Below, piece after piece: positions 20,205 to 30,286 of a DNA stretch of 64,000 bases (positions within the stretch are counted from its first letter, which is position 1; each line of letters opens with the position of its first letter). Made by a program: the position numbers and the translations under genes. The DNA is taken from positions 124,001-188,000 of IMG/VR virus record IMGVR_UViG_3300049217_000071, one strand, 5' to 3'. Under the pieces are notes generated by a model, which was given only the letters and a program-made list of their open reading frames with translations, was not told where the DNA came from and did no database searches.

Positions 20205-20678
20205 ATGCCACCACGCCCTGTCCATAAATCAATCCCGGAATTAGAACTAACTTTGGCCCAGCAAAAGGCCGTCTTTACCCAGTTCCCTGATGCTACCTAC
20301 CATTACTACAATGGCTTCCAATCCAAAGCTGTCAATAAGGCTTATACCAAGTATGAGTTCAAGAGAATGGATTGGGGTATTTGGGTGATGCCTTATTGTG
20401 AGGTTGAGTTGGCACTTGGTGATAAAACGGAACTCATCAAGGTGTATTCATCACCTCGTCAAAGCCGATTGGTATATCTGGGCTGGGAGTATAAAACCAA
20501 GAGTCATATCATCAAGTTCTCCCGTATTGTTTTCAATTTCAAGCATAACAATTTCCGAGAGGATATGCTCAATGCTTGTCGAGCCGAAATGATGGGCTTC
20601 ATCAAAAACAAGCCTGGTCTCAAAATGGACGACAAACATTTAGAACCGCGTCTCAAGAAACTGTTAGTCTTTACCTAA
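20205..20678 (+). CDS. hypothetical protein
   Basis: 157-aa ORF ending RLKKLLVFT. Confidence 0.7.
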   Translation: MPPRPVHKSIPELELTLAQQKAVFTQFPDATYHYYNGFQSKAVNKAYTKYEFKRMDWGIWVMPYCEVELALGDKTELIKVYSSPRQSRLVYLGWEYKTKSHIIKFSRIVFNFKHNNFREDMLNACRAEMMGFIKNKPGLKMDDKHLEPRLKKLLVFT

Positions 20679-20683
20679 AGGTT

Positions 20684-20851
20684 ATGATGATTAGCAAATT
20701 CAAAGTGTCTGTCTATTTCGGTCTGGCTCTTATTACCGCTTTGTGGTGGGCAATGTTTGCTGCGGCTACTAATTGGTGGATTGGGCTCATTCTGGCCATC
20801 TGCTTAGTAGTGCTGCAAGAAATTGTTCGAAAGAATGTGAAGCTTCAATGA
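20684..20851 (+). CDS. small two-helix membrane protein
   Basis: Hydrophobic 55-aa ORF from ATG 20684. Confidence 0.55.
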   Translation: MMISKFKVSVYFGLALITALWWAMFAAATNWWIGLILAICLVVLQEIVRKNVKLQ

Positions 20852-21012
20852 AGATCCTCAAGTGTAAGCTCTGTATGGGCGAAGTAGAAATCGTCGGCAA
20901 TGACCGAGCCGTGGTCAAGAAAACCAAGTGCCTCAAATGTGGCCACACCAGCGAGCCTGAACAAAAGGGCCCGGAAGTAGTGATTATTAGGAAGCGACCG
21001 TTTGTGCAATGA
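20848..21012 (+). CDS. small zinc-ribbon protein
   Basis: CKLC...CLKC; ATGA overlap with previous gene. Confidence 0.6.
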   Translation: MKILKCKLCMGEVEIVGNDRAVVKKTKCLKCGHTSEPEQKGPEVVIIRKRPFVQ

Positions 21013-21934
21013 TATCTTGCTTGTTGGCCCTGAACCAAGTGATAGTTTTAGTTAGGCCTTCCAATAAATTGGTATTGGCCGTCCAGCCTAATAGTTTTTT
21101 GGCACGCGACACATCTAACAGTCGTTTGGGCTGTCCATCTGAAACTTCGCCAGTAAAGACAATATCGCCTTGATATTTCATTATGGCGGCAATCAAGTGA
21201 ACCAAATCCTTGATAGAAATATCGCGACCGATACCAAGATTGATTGGTAGTTCAGTGTCAAGACCATCATCTATGGCTTTGCAAATAGCTTCAGAGGCGT
21301 CTCCTGCATAGAGGAACTCTCTGGTGGCTTCGCCAGTTCCCCAGCATTTGACGTGTGAACTATGGTTGCAAATTGCGTCTTCGCACTTACGAATAAGTGC
21401 TGGAATGACGTGGCTATAAGTTGGATCATACGAATCGTATTCGCCATACATATTTACTGGTATGAGGTGAGCGCCTTTCATGCCGTATTGTTGGCGATAA
21501 GTTTGCCCCAACATAAGTAGTGTTCTTTTGGCCTGACCATATGGGAAGTTAGTTTCCTCAGCGGCCCCGTTCCAAATATCATCTTCTTTAAAAGGAACTG
21601 GACAATATTTGGGATAGGCACATACCGAGCCTAAAGAATAGACTTTGTTTACTTTATGAGTGCGGGCCGCTTCATAAACATTGAGGGCCATTTGGGTGTT
21701 GTCTCTTAGAAAATCTGCCGGATTGATGCGGTTTCCTAAGATGCCCGCACATCTTGCTGCCATATGCAATATTACATCTGGACGATAACACCGAACATTG
21801 TTCGCAAAATTAGCAAACTCTAACACGTCAAGTTCTTTGCTTGATGGCGCCCATACTTCGTGTTGATGTGCTTTTAATTTAGGTATGACGTGCTTTCCAA
21901 GAAAGCCAGTTCCACCAGTGACCAGAATTCTCAT
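20987..21934 (-). CDS. fcl: GDP-L-fucose synthase
   Basis: VTGGTGFLG, SLGSVCAYP, YGQAK, PVNMYG, HVIPALI, REFLYAGD. Confidence 0.92.
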   Translation of the reverse strand: MRILVTGGTGFLGKHVIPKLKAHQHEVWAPSSKELDVLEFANFANNVRCYRPDVILHMAARCAGILGNRINPADFLRDNTQMALNVYEAARTHKVNKVYSLGSVCAYPKYCPVPFKEDDIWNGAAEETNFPYGQAKRTLLMLGQTYRQQYGMKGAHLIPVNMYGEYDSYDPTYSHVIPALIRKCEDAICNHSSHVKCWGTGEATREFLYAGDASEAICKAIDDGLDTELPINLGIGRDISIKDLVHLIAAIMKYQGDIVFTGEVSDGQPKRLLDVSRAKKLLGWTANTNLLEGLTKTITWFRANKQDIIAQTVAS

Positions 21935-22935
21935 TGATGATAGTCCCTTAATGTTTTCTCGTTTTGTGCTAATTTCATATCGAAAGCGATCATTTCATCG
22001 ACCAAGTCTTCGAAAGTATATGCCGGCGTCCAGCCCAAATTTGTTCTCAGTTTAGAAGAATCTCCGCACAAAGCATCTACTTCAGAAGGTCGTAGATAGC
22101 GCGGGTCAAACTCGACATATCGGTTGTAATCTAAGTCCAGCTTGCTAAAAACCATCTGGGCAAACTCTTTGACGGAGTGAATCTCTCCGCTGGAGACCAC
22201 ATAATCGCTCGGCTGTGGCGCTGTGATAATCTTATACATTGCTTCGGCCACATCCTTGGCGTGCGACCAGTCTCGCCGGGCATCCAAATTTCCTAAATAG
22301 AGTTTATCTTGCAGCCCCAATTTGATTCGAGTGGCTGCCCTGGTGATTTTACGAGTAACGAAAGTTTCTCCTCTTCTAGGACTTTCGTGATTGAAGGAAA
22401 TGGCATTACAGGCGTGCAAGCCATAAGCTTCTCGATAATTGATAGTAGCAAAGTAGCCTGCTACTTTAGCTACACCATATGGTGAGCGAGGGTGAAATGG
22501 CGTGGCTTCATTTTGTGGTGGCGGTTGTGAGCCAAACATTTCGGAACTGGATGCTGTCAAAAATTTGGTTTCCGGGCTATTCTTGCGAAGAGCCTCCAAG
22601 ACTCTCATAACGCCAGTCCCGGTCACATCCATTGTGTACTCTGGGATATCAAAACTTACACGAACATGGCTTTGCGCCCCCATATTAAAGAACAGATCTG
22701 GTTTGATGTCGCCAATCCATCCAGATAAAGAGGCATAATCAGAGAGATCGCCATAGATTAACTCTAATTTATGTTCCAAGTGGGGGTCTACATAGATATG
22801 ATCAATACGCTCTGTATTGAGAGAACTGCTACGACGTTTCATTCCATAGACTTTATATCCCTTGGATAATAATAGGTCGCAGAGATATGAGCCGGTTTGT
22901 CCAGTTATGCCAGTGATACACGCCGTATCTGTCAT
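21931..22935 (-). CDS. gmd: GDP-mannose 4,6-dehydratase
   Basis: ITGITGQTGSYL, AQSHVRVSF, SSSEMFG, SPYGVAK, NHESPRRGETFVTRKI. Confidence 0.95.
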   Translation of the reverse strand: MTDTACITGITGQTGSYLCDLLLSKGYKVYGMKRRSSSLNTERIDHIYVDPHLEHKLELIYGDLSDYASLSGWIGDIKPDLFFNMGAQSHVRVSFDIPEYTMDVTGTGVMRVLEALRKNSPETKFLTASSSEMFGSQPPPQNEATPFHPRSPYGVAKVAGYFATINYREAYGLHACNAISFNHESPRRGETFVTRKITRAATRIKLGLQDKLYLGNLDARRDWSHAKDVAEAMYKIITAPQPSDYVVSSGEIHSVKEFAQMVFSKLDLDYNRYVEFDPRYLRPSEVDALCGDSSKLRTNLGWTPAYTFEDLVDEMIAFDMKLAQNEKTLRDYHQ

Positions 22936-22991
22936 TGTTTCCTTCGATTTGTAAGTGTATAAGAGATGATATATCATCGGATGAGGACAAC

Positions 22992-23249
22992 ATGCGAATT
23001 ACGCTCGGAAACCTAATCGATCAACTAACAATAGCGAATGTGAGAATTTGGATGGCGGAGGATATCAAAAGAAATCCTCGGGCTTCTGATGAAGAAATAG
23101 CTAAGGCAACCAAAGTTACTAACGTAGCTAACCAACAAAGAAACGATCTTATTCAGGCCATTGATGAAACAGTAAACGAGATGGTAGCTTCTGGTATACC
23201 ACAAAAGTTATATGGTCAAGGCTCTACTAAAATGTATGGTAAAAAGTAA
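22992..23249 (+). CDS. DUF4254-like small protein
   Basis: GNLIDQLTIANVRIW...RNDLIQAID; GAGGA RBS. Confidence 0.6.
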   Translation: MRITLGNLIDQLTIANVRIWMAEDIKRNPRASDEEIAKATKVTNVANQQRNDLIQAIDETVNEMVASGIPQKLYGQGSTKMYGKK

Positions 23250-23269
23250 TCATAATGATGTGAGGAATA

Positions 23270-24487
23270 ATGAAGGAACTATTTACATTGGGCGAGCTAC
23301 ACGTTTCAGATTTCTTGAAAGATGGGGAGTCGCCTGCCGGTAAAGTGGAGATGAAGCTTTTGTTGGATGATAACGGCTCTGTAAGATTAGAAAAGAGCGC
23401 GCCCCTCAACACTATGTATGGTAAGTATTGGTATCGTTCGGGTATCAATTATACTATGAGAAATGAGCTTGAAAATATTGTCAGCTCAATAACTAAAGTT
23501 TACAAGCTCAAAGAAAACGATCTTTGGGTAGATATTGCCAGTAATGATGGAACCTTATTGAGTTTTGTCCCCAGCAACCTACTTACGGTAGGAATAGATC
23601 CGTGTGACGACTCATTCAAAATAGAGGCAGAAAAACACGCCGATCTTGTTATACAAGACTATTTTACAGCCTCCGCCTTCAAGCGGTCTAAATTTGGTCA
23701 TAAGAAAGCAAAAGTGATTACTTCGATAGCTGTCTTTTATGATTTGGAAGACCCGGGCACTTTCATCGATGATGTGGCTGAAATTATGGATGATGATGGT
23801 TTATGGGTGATGCAGCTTAGCTACACGCCTCTAATGATCAAACAAATGGCTTTTGATAACATATGCCACGAGCATATTTTCTATTACTCTCTCTTTAATC
23901 TAAAGTCTTTGCTTGAAAAGCACGGATTTCAGATTGTGGATTGCCAGCTTAATGATATCAATGGCGGTTCGTTCCGCGTTTATATTATGAAGACTATTGG
24001 TAATACGAAAGTATTTTCCTCGCAACCATATAGAGATGTTTGCAATTTTAGAATCAATTCCCTATTGGATCACGAGAGAACTCTAAAAATAGACTCCGTA
24101 GAGACTTGGAAGAATTTTTTTGAAGACATTGAACTCCTCAAAAAGAAGACGGTGGATTTTATTGTTTCGGAAAAGGCTAAAGGTAAGAAGATTTGGGGAT
24201 ATGGAGCTTCCACTAAAGGAAACACCTTACTACAATACTTAAACTTGGATCATACGTTAATAGATGGTATTGCCGAACGTAGCACCTACAAATGGGGTCT
24301 GAAAACGGTAGGAACCAATATTCCAATCTTTTCAGAAGCTGAGATGAGAAGCGCTAAGCCAGATTACCTGTTGGTTTTGCCCTGGCACTTTATCAACGAG
24401 TTCGTGGAAAGAGAAGCTGAGTTTCTGAAGGGCGGTGGCAAGTTTATTGTTCCGTGCCCCACTTTTGAAATCATAGGTCTCAAGTAA
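23270..24487 (+). CDS. NDP-sugar C-methyltransferase family, class I SAM
   Basis: YWYRSG, VDIASNDGTLL, FDNICHEH, NGGS, GASTKGNTLL, VLPWHF. Confidence 0.88.
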   Translation: MKELFTLGELHVSDFLKDGESPAGKVEMKLLLDDNGSVRLEKSAPLNTMYGKYWYRSGINYTMRNELENIVSSITKVYKLKENDLWVDIASNDGTLLSFVPSNLLTVGIDPCDDSFKIEAEKHADLVIQDYFTASAFKRSKFGHKKAKVITSIAVFYDLEDPGTFIDDVAEIMDDDGLWVMQLSYTPLMIKQMAFDNICHEHIFYYSLFNLKSLLEKHGFQIVDCQLNDINGGSFRVYIMKTIGNTKVFSSQPYRDVCNFRINSLLDHERTLKIDSVETWKNFFEDIELLKKKTVDFIVSEKAKGKKIWGYGASTKGNTLLQYLNLDHTLIDGIAERSTYKWGLKTVGTNIPIFSEAEMRSAKPDYLLVLPWHFINEFVEREAEFLKGGGKFIVPCPTFEIIGLK

Positions 24488-24510
24488 TCTGAATAAAACG
24501 CCATTACAAT

Positions 24511-25194
24511 ATGGCTAAACCTTACATTATAGGTATTGCGGGCGAGTCAGGAGTTGGTAAGTCTACCATTGCCGCAATCATATCTCTTTTCTATGGTGCA
24601 GAAAACACGGCCGTCATCAGCACAGATGACCTACACAAATGGGAGAGAACTAATCCCGTTTGGGAAACCATTACACATCTGAACCCCGAAGCCAATAATT
24701 TGGAGCTTGGAGACATACACCTTTCGGAGATATCGCAGGGTAAGCCTATCTACCGATCTGTATACAACCATAGGACTGGATTCTTTGATCCTCCTAAGAG
24801 AATAGACCCGCGCCCCGTGGTAGTGGTCGAAGGTTTGCACGCTTTTTACACCGAGACCAGCAAAGATCTGATAGACTTAAAGGTTTATGTTGATACAAAT
24901 GAAGAACTGAAAACTCACTGGAAAATTATTAGAGACACTGAAGACCGCGGCTACAAGTATAATATGGTACTGGACGCTATCCACAAAAGAAGACACGATA
25001 GGTTTTCTTTTGCATCTAATAGACTTATGAACATCTATTGTAGTGGATTCAACAATATTGAGTATATCTTTGAAATGAGAGACAAGAAGGATGGCATCTT
25101 TTGTGGGGAGACTATTCTCTACGAGATGTTCAAGTTATACAACATACCACACACCGCTTTACCTATGCACGCCAATCATTTGAATCACGGTTAA
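24511..25194 (+). CDS. uridine kinase/phosphoribulokinase-like protein with a non-homologous C-terminus
   Basis: GIAGESGVGKST, DDLHKWER, YNHRTG, VEGLH, RDTEDRG. Confidence 0.75.
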   Translation: MAKPYIIGIAGESGVGKSTIAAIISLFYGAENTAVISTDDLHKWERTNPVWETITHLNPEANNLELGDIHLSEISQGKPIYRSVYNHRTGFFDPPKRIDPRPVVVVEGLHAFYTETSKDLIDLKVYVDTNEELKTHWKIIRDTEDRGYKYNMVLDAIHKRRHDRFSFASNRLMNIYCSGFNNIEYIFEMRDKKDGIFCGETILYEMFKLYNIPHTALPMHANHLNHG

Positions 25195-26111
25195 ACCATA
25201 CTGGCTTCAATGATATTCTTGACCGCATTATGTTCCGTTTGATCTGAAACAATATACTCGGCCGAATATTGAATTCTATCGCTGAGCAAACTGCTTGTCC
25301 AAAATTGATGTGGAGGCCTAACTACAACACCGGGCCCACAAAAGCAAACGAACTTTACTTTTCTTTGTAGCATATTCTCCTGTGTCCAAGCATAAGAAAA
25401 GACGCCTGAGGCACGACCCACGATAACATTGCAGTGAGTTGTTAATAATGAATTCTCATTCAGATCGGAGCCGCCCGGTTTTCTAATGATATCTTTGGAA
25501 TAGACTGCATTGGCAGGTAATGAATAGTTTCCTTCTTGATTAGAGAGAATGAATATCTTATCTGGATGTTTCCGTGCCAGCTCCGAAACAATAGGAGTCA
25601 TTGGAAAATTAGTTGCTTGTCCTGACATAGCAAGTCCATTTGAGGCGAATATTTTAGGTTGTGGATTTCGAGATAGCCAGGCTTGTGCTTGCTGGATGTA
25701 GAATTTAGAGTAATCAATGGTTGGAATAAAAGAAGACGGATCGCCAGAAATGTCTTGTAATGAAAATCCCCATAAACTCCTACAAGTATCATCAAAAGCT
25801 TGATATAAACAATCTAATGTCATACCGTGGATGTTCATATACCTATGACGTTGTTGAGCATACCACGTATTGATATAGGTCGTATTGTTTCTAGATTCTA
25901 AATTCTCAAACTGATTGAGACCAAGAGGAACCAAGTTTTCGTATGTTAATCCTGGTATATCTGATAACAAGCAAGGATCATTGGAGTGTGCATACGAAAA
26001 TGACATAGAGGGGTTAAAGGTATGAACCTTCTGCATTATCTTTCTGATGAATTCTCTGGAAATATGTAAATCACCATTGTGAAAGTGATTGAAAAATGTA
26101 ATTTTGTTCAT
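25191..26111 (-). CDS. hypothetical protein in glycosylation cluster
   Basis: 306-aa ORF, HNGDLH and VGRASG motifs; context. Confidence 0.7.
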   Translation of the reverse strand: MNKITFFNHFHNGDLHISREFIRKIMQKVHTFNPSMSFSYAHSNDPCLLSDIPGLTYENLVPLGLNQFENLESRNNTTYINTWYAQQRHRYMNIHGMTLDCLYQAFDDTCRSLWGFSLQDISGDPSSFIPTIDYSKFYIQQAQAWLSRNPQPKIFASNGLAMSGQATNFPMTPIVSELARKHPDKIFILSNQEGNYSLPANAVYSKDIIRKPGGSDLNENSLLTTHCNVIVGRASGVFSYAWTQENMLQRKVKFVCFCGPGVVVRPPHQFWTSSLLSDRIQYSAEYIVSDQTEHNAVKNIIEASMV

Positions 26112-26668
26112 TGTAATCTCGAACTTGAAATAGTGAGATATGGGCCAGGAATTACTTCTTTCATTGTATAATTGCGGACACCAGAATTATGAACGTGATA
26201 TGTTTTGATTGATTGGCTCGGATTAGATACTTTGTATCCGGCTTTCTCAAATTCGTGTGCGATTCTATTATCGCAACCCCTGATGCCAAGAGAGAAATCA
26301 CCAAAGACATTTTCCACTTTGCCTCTTACAATCCAAGTGTCTTGGCTATCTGGACGTTCAAAAAAACGGGGGCCAGCAGGAAGCCATTCCCATCGCAATA
26401 ATGCAAACATCTCCTTGTGCTTTATTTGTTCAGCTAACTGAATAGTTTCATCAAAAAAGATATCTGAATTACAAATGATATTGATATCATCTGGCCCAGT
26501 TATATCATTGATTTTCTGAAAAAAGAGATCGTAGGTTGGTTTAGTAGGAGTTTCGAAAACCACCGTATTGATAAAGGAATTCGATAAGTTTTTTTGTAAA
26601 CAAAGATCTATTTCCTTTTTGCGCAATGGCGCCTTATCTTCATAGTAGTTGTAAAATAGTCTTATCAT
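26108..26668 (-). CDS. putative glycosyltransferase-like protein
   Basis: ICNSDIFFD, DSQDTW, GCDNRIA; context. Confidence 0.6.
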   Translation of the reverse strand: MIRLFYNYYEDKAPLRKKEIDLCLQKNLSNSFINTVVFETPTKPTYDLFFQKINDITGPDDINIICNSDIFFDETIQLAEQIKHKEMFALLRWEWLPAGPRFFERPDSQDTWIVRGKVENVFGDFSLGIRGCDNRIAHEFEKAGYKVSNPSQSIKTYHVHNSGVRNYTMKEVIPGPYLTISSSRLQ

Positions 26669-26669
26669 A

Positions 26670-27650
26670 TTATACCAAGTGTATGAGGTTAGTGATTTGT
26701 AAAAGCTCTAATATTCTAGAAGAATAGGTATGTTCTTTATAAGCTCTTTTGTGCCCATTGATTCCTACCTGTGTAGCAATATCTGGATTAGCTTTACAAT
26801 ATCTAACAATATCGACAACTTGGGCCGCCGAGTGTGCAACGAAGATTTCGCTACCTTCTACGAAATAACTTTCGATACCTGGAAAATGCCAAGAGATAGT
26901 GGGGCGGCCCGCGGCTAAACAGTATAATAATCTGTCAGAAAAATAATGACCAATACTATTAAAGTTGCTTAGGCTAAAGGTACAGATACTGTTATTGTAT
27001 ATAGCGTTGCAATCTCTAGGAGAACACACTTTTGCTCCCCAGGCCGCAGAATGATATCCACTGCCAAAAAGACCAAATCGTTTCCCAAAATTGCTGTGTA
27101 AAACATTAGCGCATTCTACTCGTAGATGTCCGTCAGGAAAATTTCTTCCATAGTTATTACCTATGAAAGAGATATCATAATCAAATTCTGTTTTGTTCAT
27201 AGGAAAACTATAGTTAGGATCATATCCAATTTGCCAGTATTTGATGTTATGACAGCCGGCTTGCCTATACATTTCTAATTGTCCTGTGCTTGAAATCAGA
27301 GCGTGATCTATAACATTCGCAATCTTAATGAATTCTTTGATGGCGCCCGCCCTAACATCACCTGACCAGTTAGTAATCACCACGCCAGGACATGAGGCTC
27401 TTGCCTGTTCTATAATTTGTGGCTCAATAAGTCCCGTAAACTGCAACTGCATATGTATAAGATGCGGTTGAAATGATTTTACTTTTTCTAAAAAGTCTCG
27501 GGCCACTTCACCTTTGTTTTTAGTTCGTAACCAAATTCGATGAAAGTCGCAAATCTGTAATTGGACGCCCACATTATTCCAGGCATCATACATTCCTTGT
27601 TGGACACCATCAGCATCATTGAGTGGTAAGTATAAAACCTTTAGCATCAT
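26670..27650 (-). CDS. CgeB/YkvP-type GT-B glycosyltransferase
   Basis: DISFIGNNY, YFSDRLLYCLAAGRP, GHKRAYKEHTY. Confidence 0.8.
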   Translation of the reverse strand: MMLKVLYLPLNDADGVQQGMYDAWNNVGVQLQICDFHRIWLRTKNKGEVARDFLEKVKSFQPHLIHMQLQFTGLIEPQIIEQARASCPGVVITNWSGDVRAGAIKEFIKIANVIDHALISSTGQLEMYRQAGCHNIKYWQIGYDPNYSFPMNKTEFDYDISFIGNNYGRNFPDGHLRVECANVLHSNFGKRFGLFGSGYHSAAWGAKVCSPRDCNAIYNNSICTFSLSNFNSIGHYFSDRLLYCLAAGRPTISWHFPGIESYFVEGSEIFVAHSAAQVVDIVRYCKANPDIATQVGINGHKRAYKEHTYSSRILELLQITNLIHLV

Positions 27651-29449
27651 TCTCCCATCATTTTGATCATAGATTCATTGAGACTATTATTATGCGACAT
27701 ATCAAGTTGTGTTTTGTTTTGAGAGAATCTGTTGATGCATTCTGTAATGGCAGCTTGTAAGTTTTCTCTGTTGATATTGGAATCCATACCTTGACTCTTA
27801 GCTATTTGCACAAATGAGCCATCACAGGCCGCGGTGTTGTTAGTGATAAGTGGAATATTCATAGCTTTAGCTAAACCTGCAATGCCCGACATATAGTATT
27901 TATTGTTAGTTAGATCAATAATTCCTTTAGATCCTGACAAAGATTTGATGATAAAGCTGTAGTCATCCGCATCGGAAACAAAGATACCAAATGGTGGCAA
28001 CTTAATGGACGACCCTATTACTACTAAATTACCGAATTTTGTTTCCCAAGAGTCTAGAAGTATTTTAGTTAGCTCCATATTCTTCTCAAAATAAACAAAG
28101 TAATTGCCCTTTTCTTGGATGATCTGTAAGAGCGGCCAAGGACGACCCACTCTCTTGACATTAGCATCGGGAAGGTTTTTCAGAATCTCTTCTGCATTCA
28201 ATAAAGAGGGCGTCATAATAACGGGACACTGTTTAAGAATATTTAGATGTGTATAGTTGAGTGTGATACCGCTGGGCCATTCTTCAATCCATATTTTGCC
28301 CGGATAAAGGTTGTTGATAGAACACATAATAAAGTCAGGGTTTTCGTTAGATTTTGGAAACCCTTGCATTGTCAGAGTGTTCTGATGCACTTTCAAGTTT
28401 GGAAAGAGCGGCATAATGTTTTTGGCCCAAGCTTCCGCACCTGGGGTGGTTGGTAAAATAGTTCCGGCAGTTGAGAAGGTGACGGGGGCTAAAAATTGTT
28501 CGGGCCTAATGATAGCGAATTCTTTGCTAATTTTTCGCACTTGATCTGTGTTTGGATCGTGTTTAGGATCTGTGAGGCGCATAGTATGTCCAAGATTTTC
28601 GGGTCGCAAATCAACCCTGTTTCTATGCCAAGGTGCCCCAGGTTCTAATGTTATTACGTTAGAAGATTGGGGAGGTCTTGGACTGGCAGTCATTCGAGGT
28701 CTAACCGGTATACCACTATCCTGAACTGTAGAGATATGTCCCATAGGTGGAGTGGGGTTAGATAGAAGGCTACGGGCCGCATCCACGGGTGTAGTGCCGT
28801 ATTCTATCTGAATAGGGCTATTGTTTCTTACACAGAACCAAATGCGTCGATGTTTGCTATCGATGGACTTTTCGTTTCTCGACTGCCAATCATAAGCATA
28901 GTCACTAGCATTGTAGATAGCCTTATCTACTCGTTTGAAGTTCATTCCACATTCTGTGAGAACACGTTCAACAGCGGCGGCTGTAGGACGACAGCCCATA
29001 CCATTACTTGATAAGTCGTAGATGCCCTTGTTTTCTGGAACGGCAACACACAGAAAGGGGTCATCTGAATCGCACACGGCCGTTTCCAGTACTAGATTAG
29101 TGGTAGAAGCACAAACTGCACGAAGATGTGCCTCAAAGTTATTGAGATGGCACAGCAGACCCATATCTAAGGTTAGGTCAAAAGATTTGCCATGAAATGG
29201 CCAGTTGCCGTCTAAATCGGCTTTGACACACTTGATGCCGCTGAATTTCTTAGATACAATCTTGAGGTGCTCCTGGCGAGCGTCTACCCCCGTGACATCA
29301 GAGCCCAAACGGTATAGGACTCCACCAATATCGCCATAACCGCAACCCAAATCAAGAACTTTCTTGTGGTAAAAGAATTTGTGTCCATAGAAATCGACAA
29401 TGCCTTTCGCACGCTTCTGGTTCCACTCAAAGTATCTTCCATCGAACAT
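27647..29449 (-). CDS. class I SAM methyltransferase fused to a C-terminal GT-like domain
   Basis: VLDLGCGYG, GVDAR, GLLCHL; Pro-rich linker; C-terminal WIEEW/IMTPS domain. Confidence 0.72.
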   Translation of the reverse strand: MFDGRYFEWNQKRAKGIVDFYGHKFFYHKKVLDLGCGYGDIGGVLYRLGSDVTGVDARQEHLKIVSKKFSGIKCVKADLDGNWPFHGKSFDLTLDMGLLCHLNNFEAHLRAVCASTTNLVLETAVCDSDDPFLCVAVPENKGIYDLSSNGMGCRPTAAAVERVLTECGMNFKRVDKAIYNASDYAYDWQSRNEKSIDSKHRRIWFCVRNNSPIQIEYGTTPVDAARSLLSNPTPPMGHISTVQDSGIPVRPRMTASPRPPQSSNVITLEPGAPWHRNRVDLRPENLGHTMRLTDPKHDPNTDQVRKISKEFAIIRPEQFLAPVTFSTAGTILPTTPGAEAWAKNIMPLFPNLKVHQNTLTMQGFPKSNENPDFIMCSINNLYPGKIWIEEWPSGITLNYTHLNILKQCPVIMTPSLLNAEEILKNLPDANVKRVGRPWPLLQIIQEKGNYFVYFEKNMELTKILLDSWETKFGNLVVIGSSIKLPPFGIFVSDADDYSFIIKSLSGSKGIIDLTNNKYYMSGIAGLAKAMNIPLITNNTAACDGSFVQIAKSQGMDSNINRENLQAAITECINRFSQNKTQLDMSHNNSLNESMIKMMGE

Positions 29450-29471
29450 TGGTTGCCTTCCCTATCACTTA

Positions 29472-30227
29472 TTAGGTTTTAGCCATATCAAACGGAATAT
29501 AATAGGGTTTTTGCCTGTTTATATAGGCTCGGCAGTTAGCTTGGAATTTGGTCAGGTTGTTTTTGTGCTGTAAAGTCTTGAACTCTCGATATTCGCCAGT
29601 ATCCAAAGCACCCTCCCCAAAGTGAGTGCCGTTGGTCTTGAGGTAGCCTATCTCATATCCCATCATTCTGGCTCGGAAATAAAAATCAGCGTCTTCCTCA
29701 CCATACAGGCCATACTCCATATTGAAGAAGCCGATCTGCTTATGCAAATCTTTATGGAAGACGGCACAAGCAGTTCCCAAATTCCCAATGGGTTTATGTT
29801 GGAAGGTAATACCGTTGCGAGTTAGTAATGGATAATTGGTGCCTTCCATATTGATACCAATGGATATTTTGTTTTTATGACCTTGGATAATCTCTACACA
29901 ATCTTCTAACCAGTGTTTATGTACTTCGACATCATTGTCGATAGTAGCCAAGTAGTCGTGCTCATAACCATTAGCAATAGCTAATCCTTGATTACGTCCC
30001 ACGGCAATGCCTAAGTTCTTTTCATTGCGATGAAGGTGAATGTAGTTAGAGCAGTTTGGTATCAAATCTTTCTGAAACCACTCTACTGTTCCATCAGTGG
30101 AACCATTGTCTACTACAACCAACCTATAGAGTCCGGTGGTATTGGCCAGGAAGTTGTCTATCATTCTCTTGGTCAACTCTAATCTATTGTAGGTGCACAT
30201 CATTACGATGGTTTCGGGTGAGGTCAT
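29472..30227 (-). CDS. GT2 family glycosyltransferase
   Basis: CTYNR, VVDNGSTDGT, IDNDV, YGEEDAD. Confidence 0.9.
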   Translation of the reverse strand: MTSPETIVMMCTYNRLELTKRMIDNFLANTTGLYRLVVVDNGSTDGTVEWFQKDLIPNCSNYIHLHRNEKNLGIAVGRNQGLAIANGYEHDYLATIDNDVEVHKHWLEDCVEIIQGHKNKISIGINMEGTNYPLLTRNGITFQHKPIGNLGTACAVFHKDLHKQIGFFNMEYGLYGEEDADFYFRARMMGYEIGYLKTNGTHFGEGALDTGEYREFKTLQHKNNLTKFQANCRAYINRQKPYYIPFDMAKT

Positions 30228-30286
30228 TTTTATTCCTTCGCATTTATATACCGCCTTTCCAGCATTAGTTATAGAAACGAGACGCT

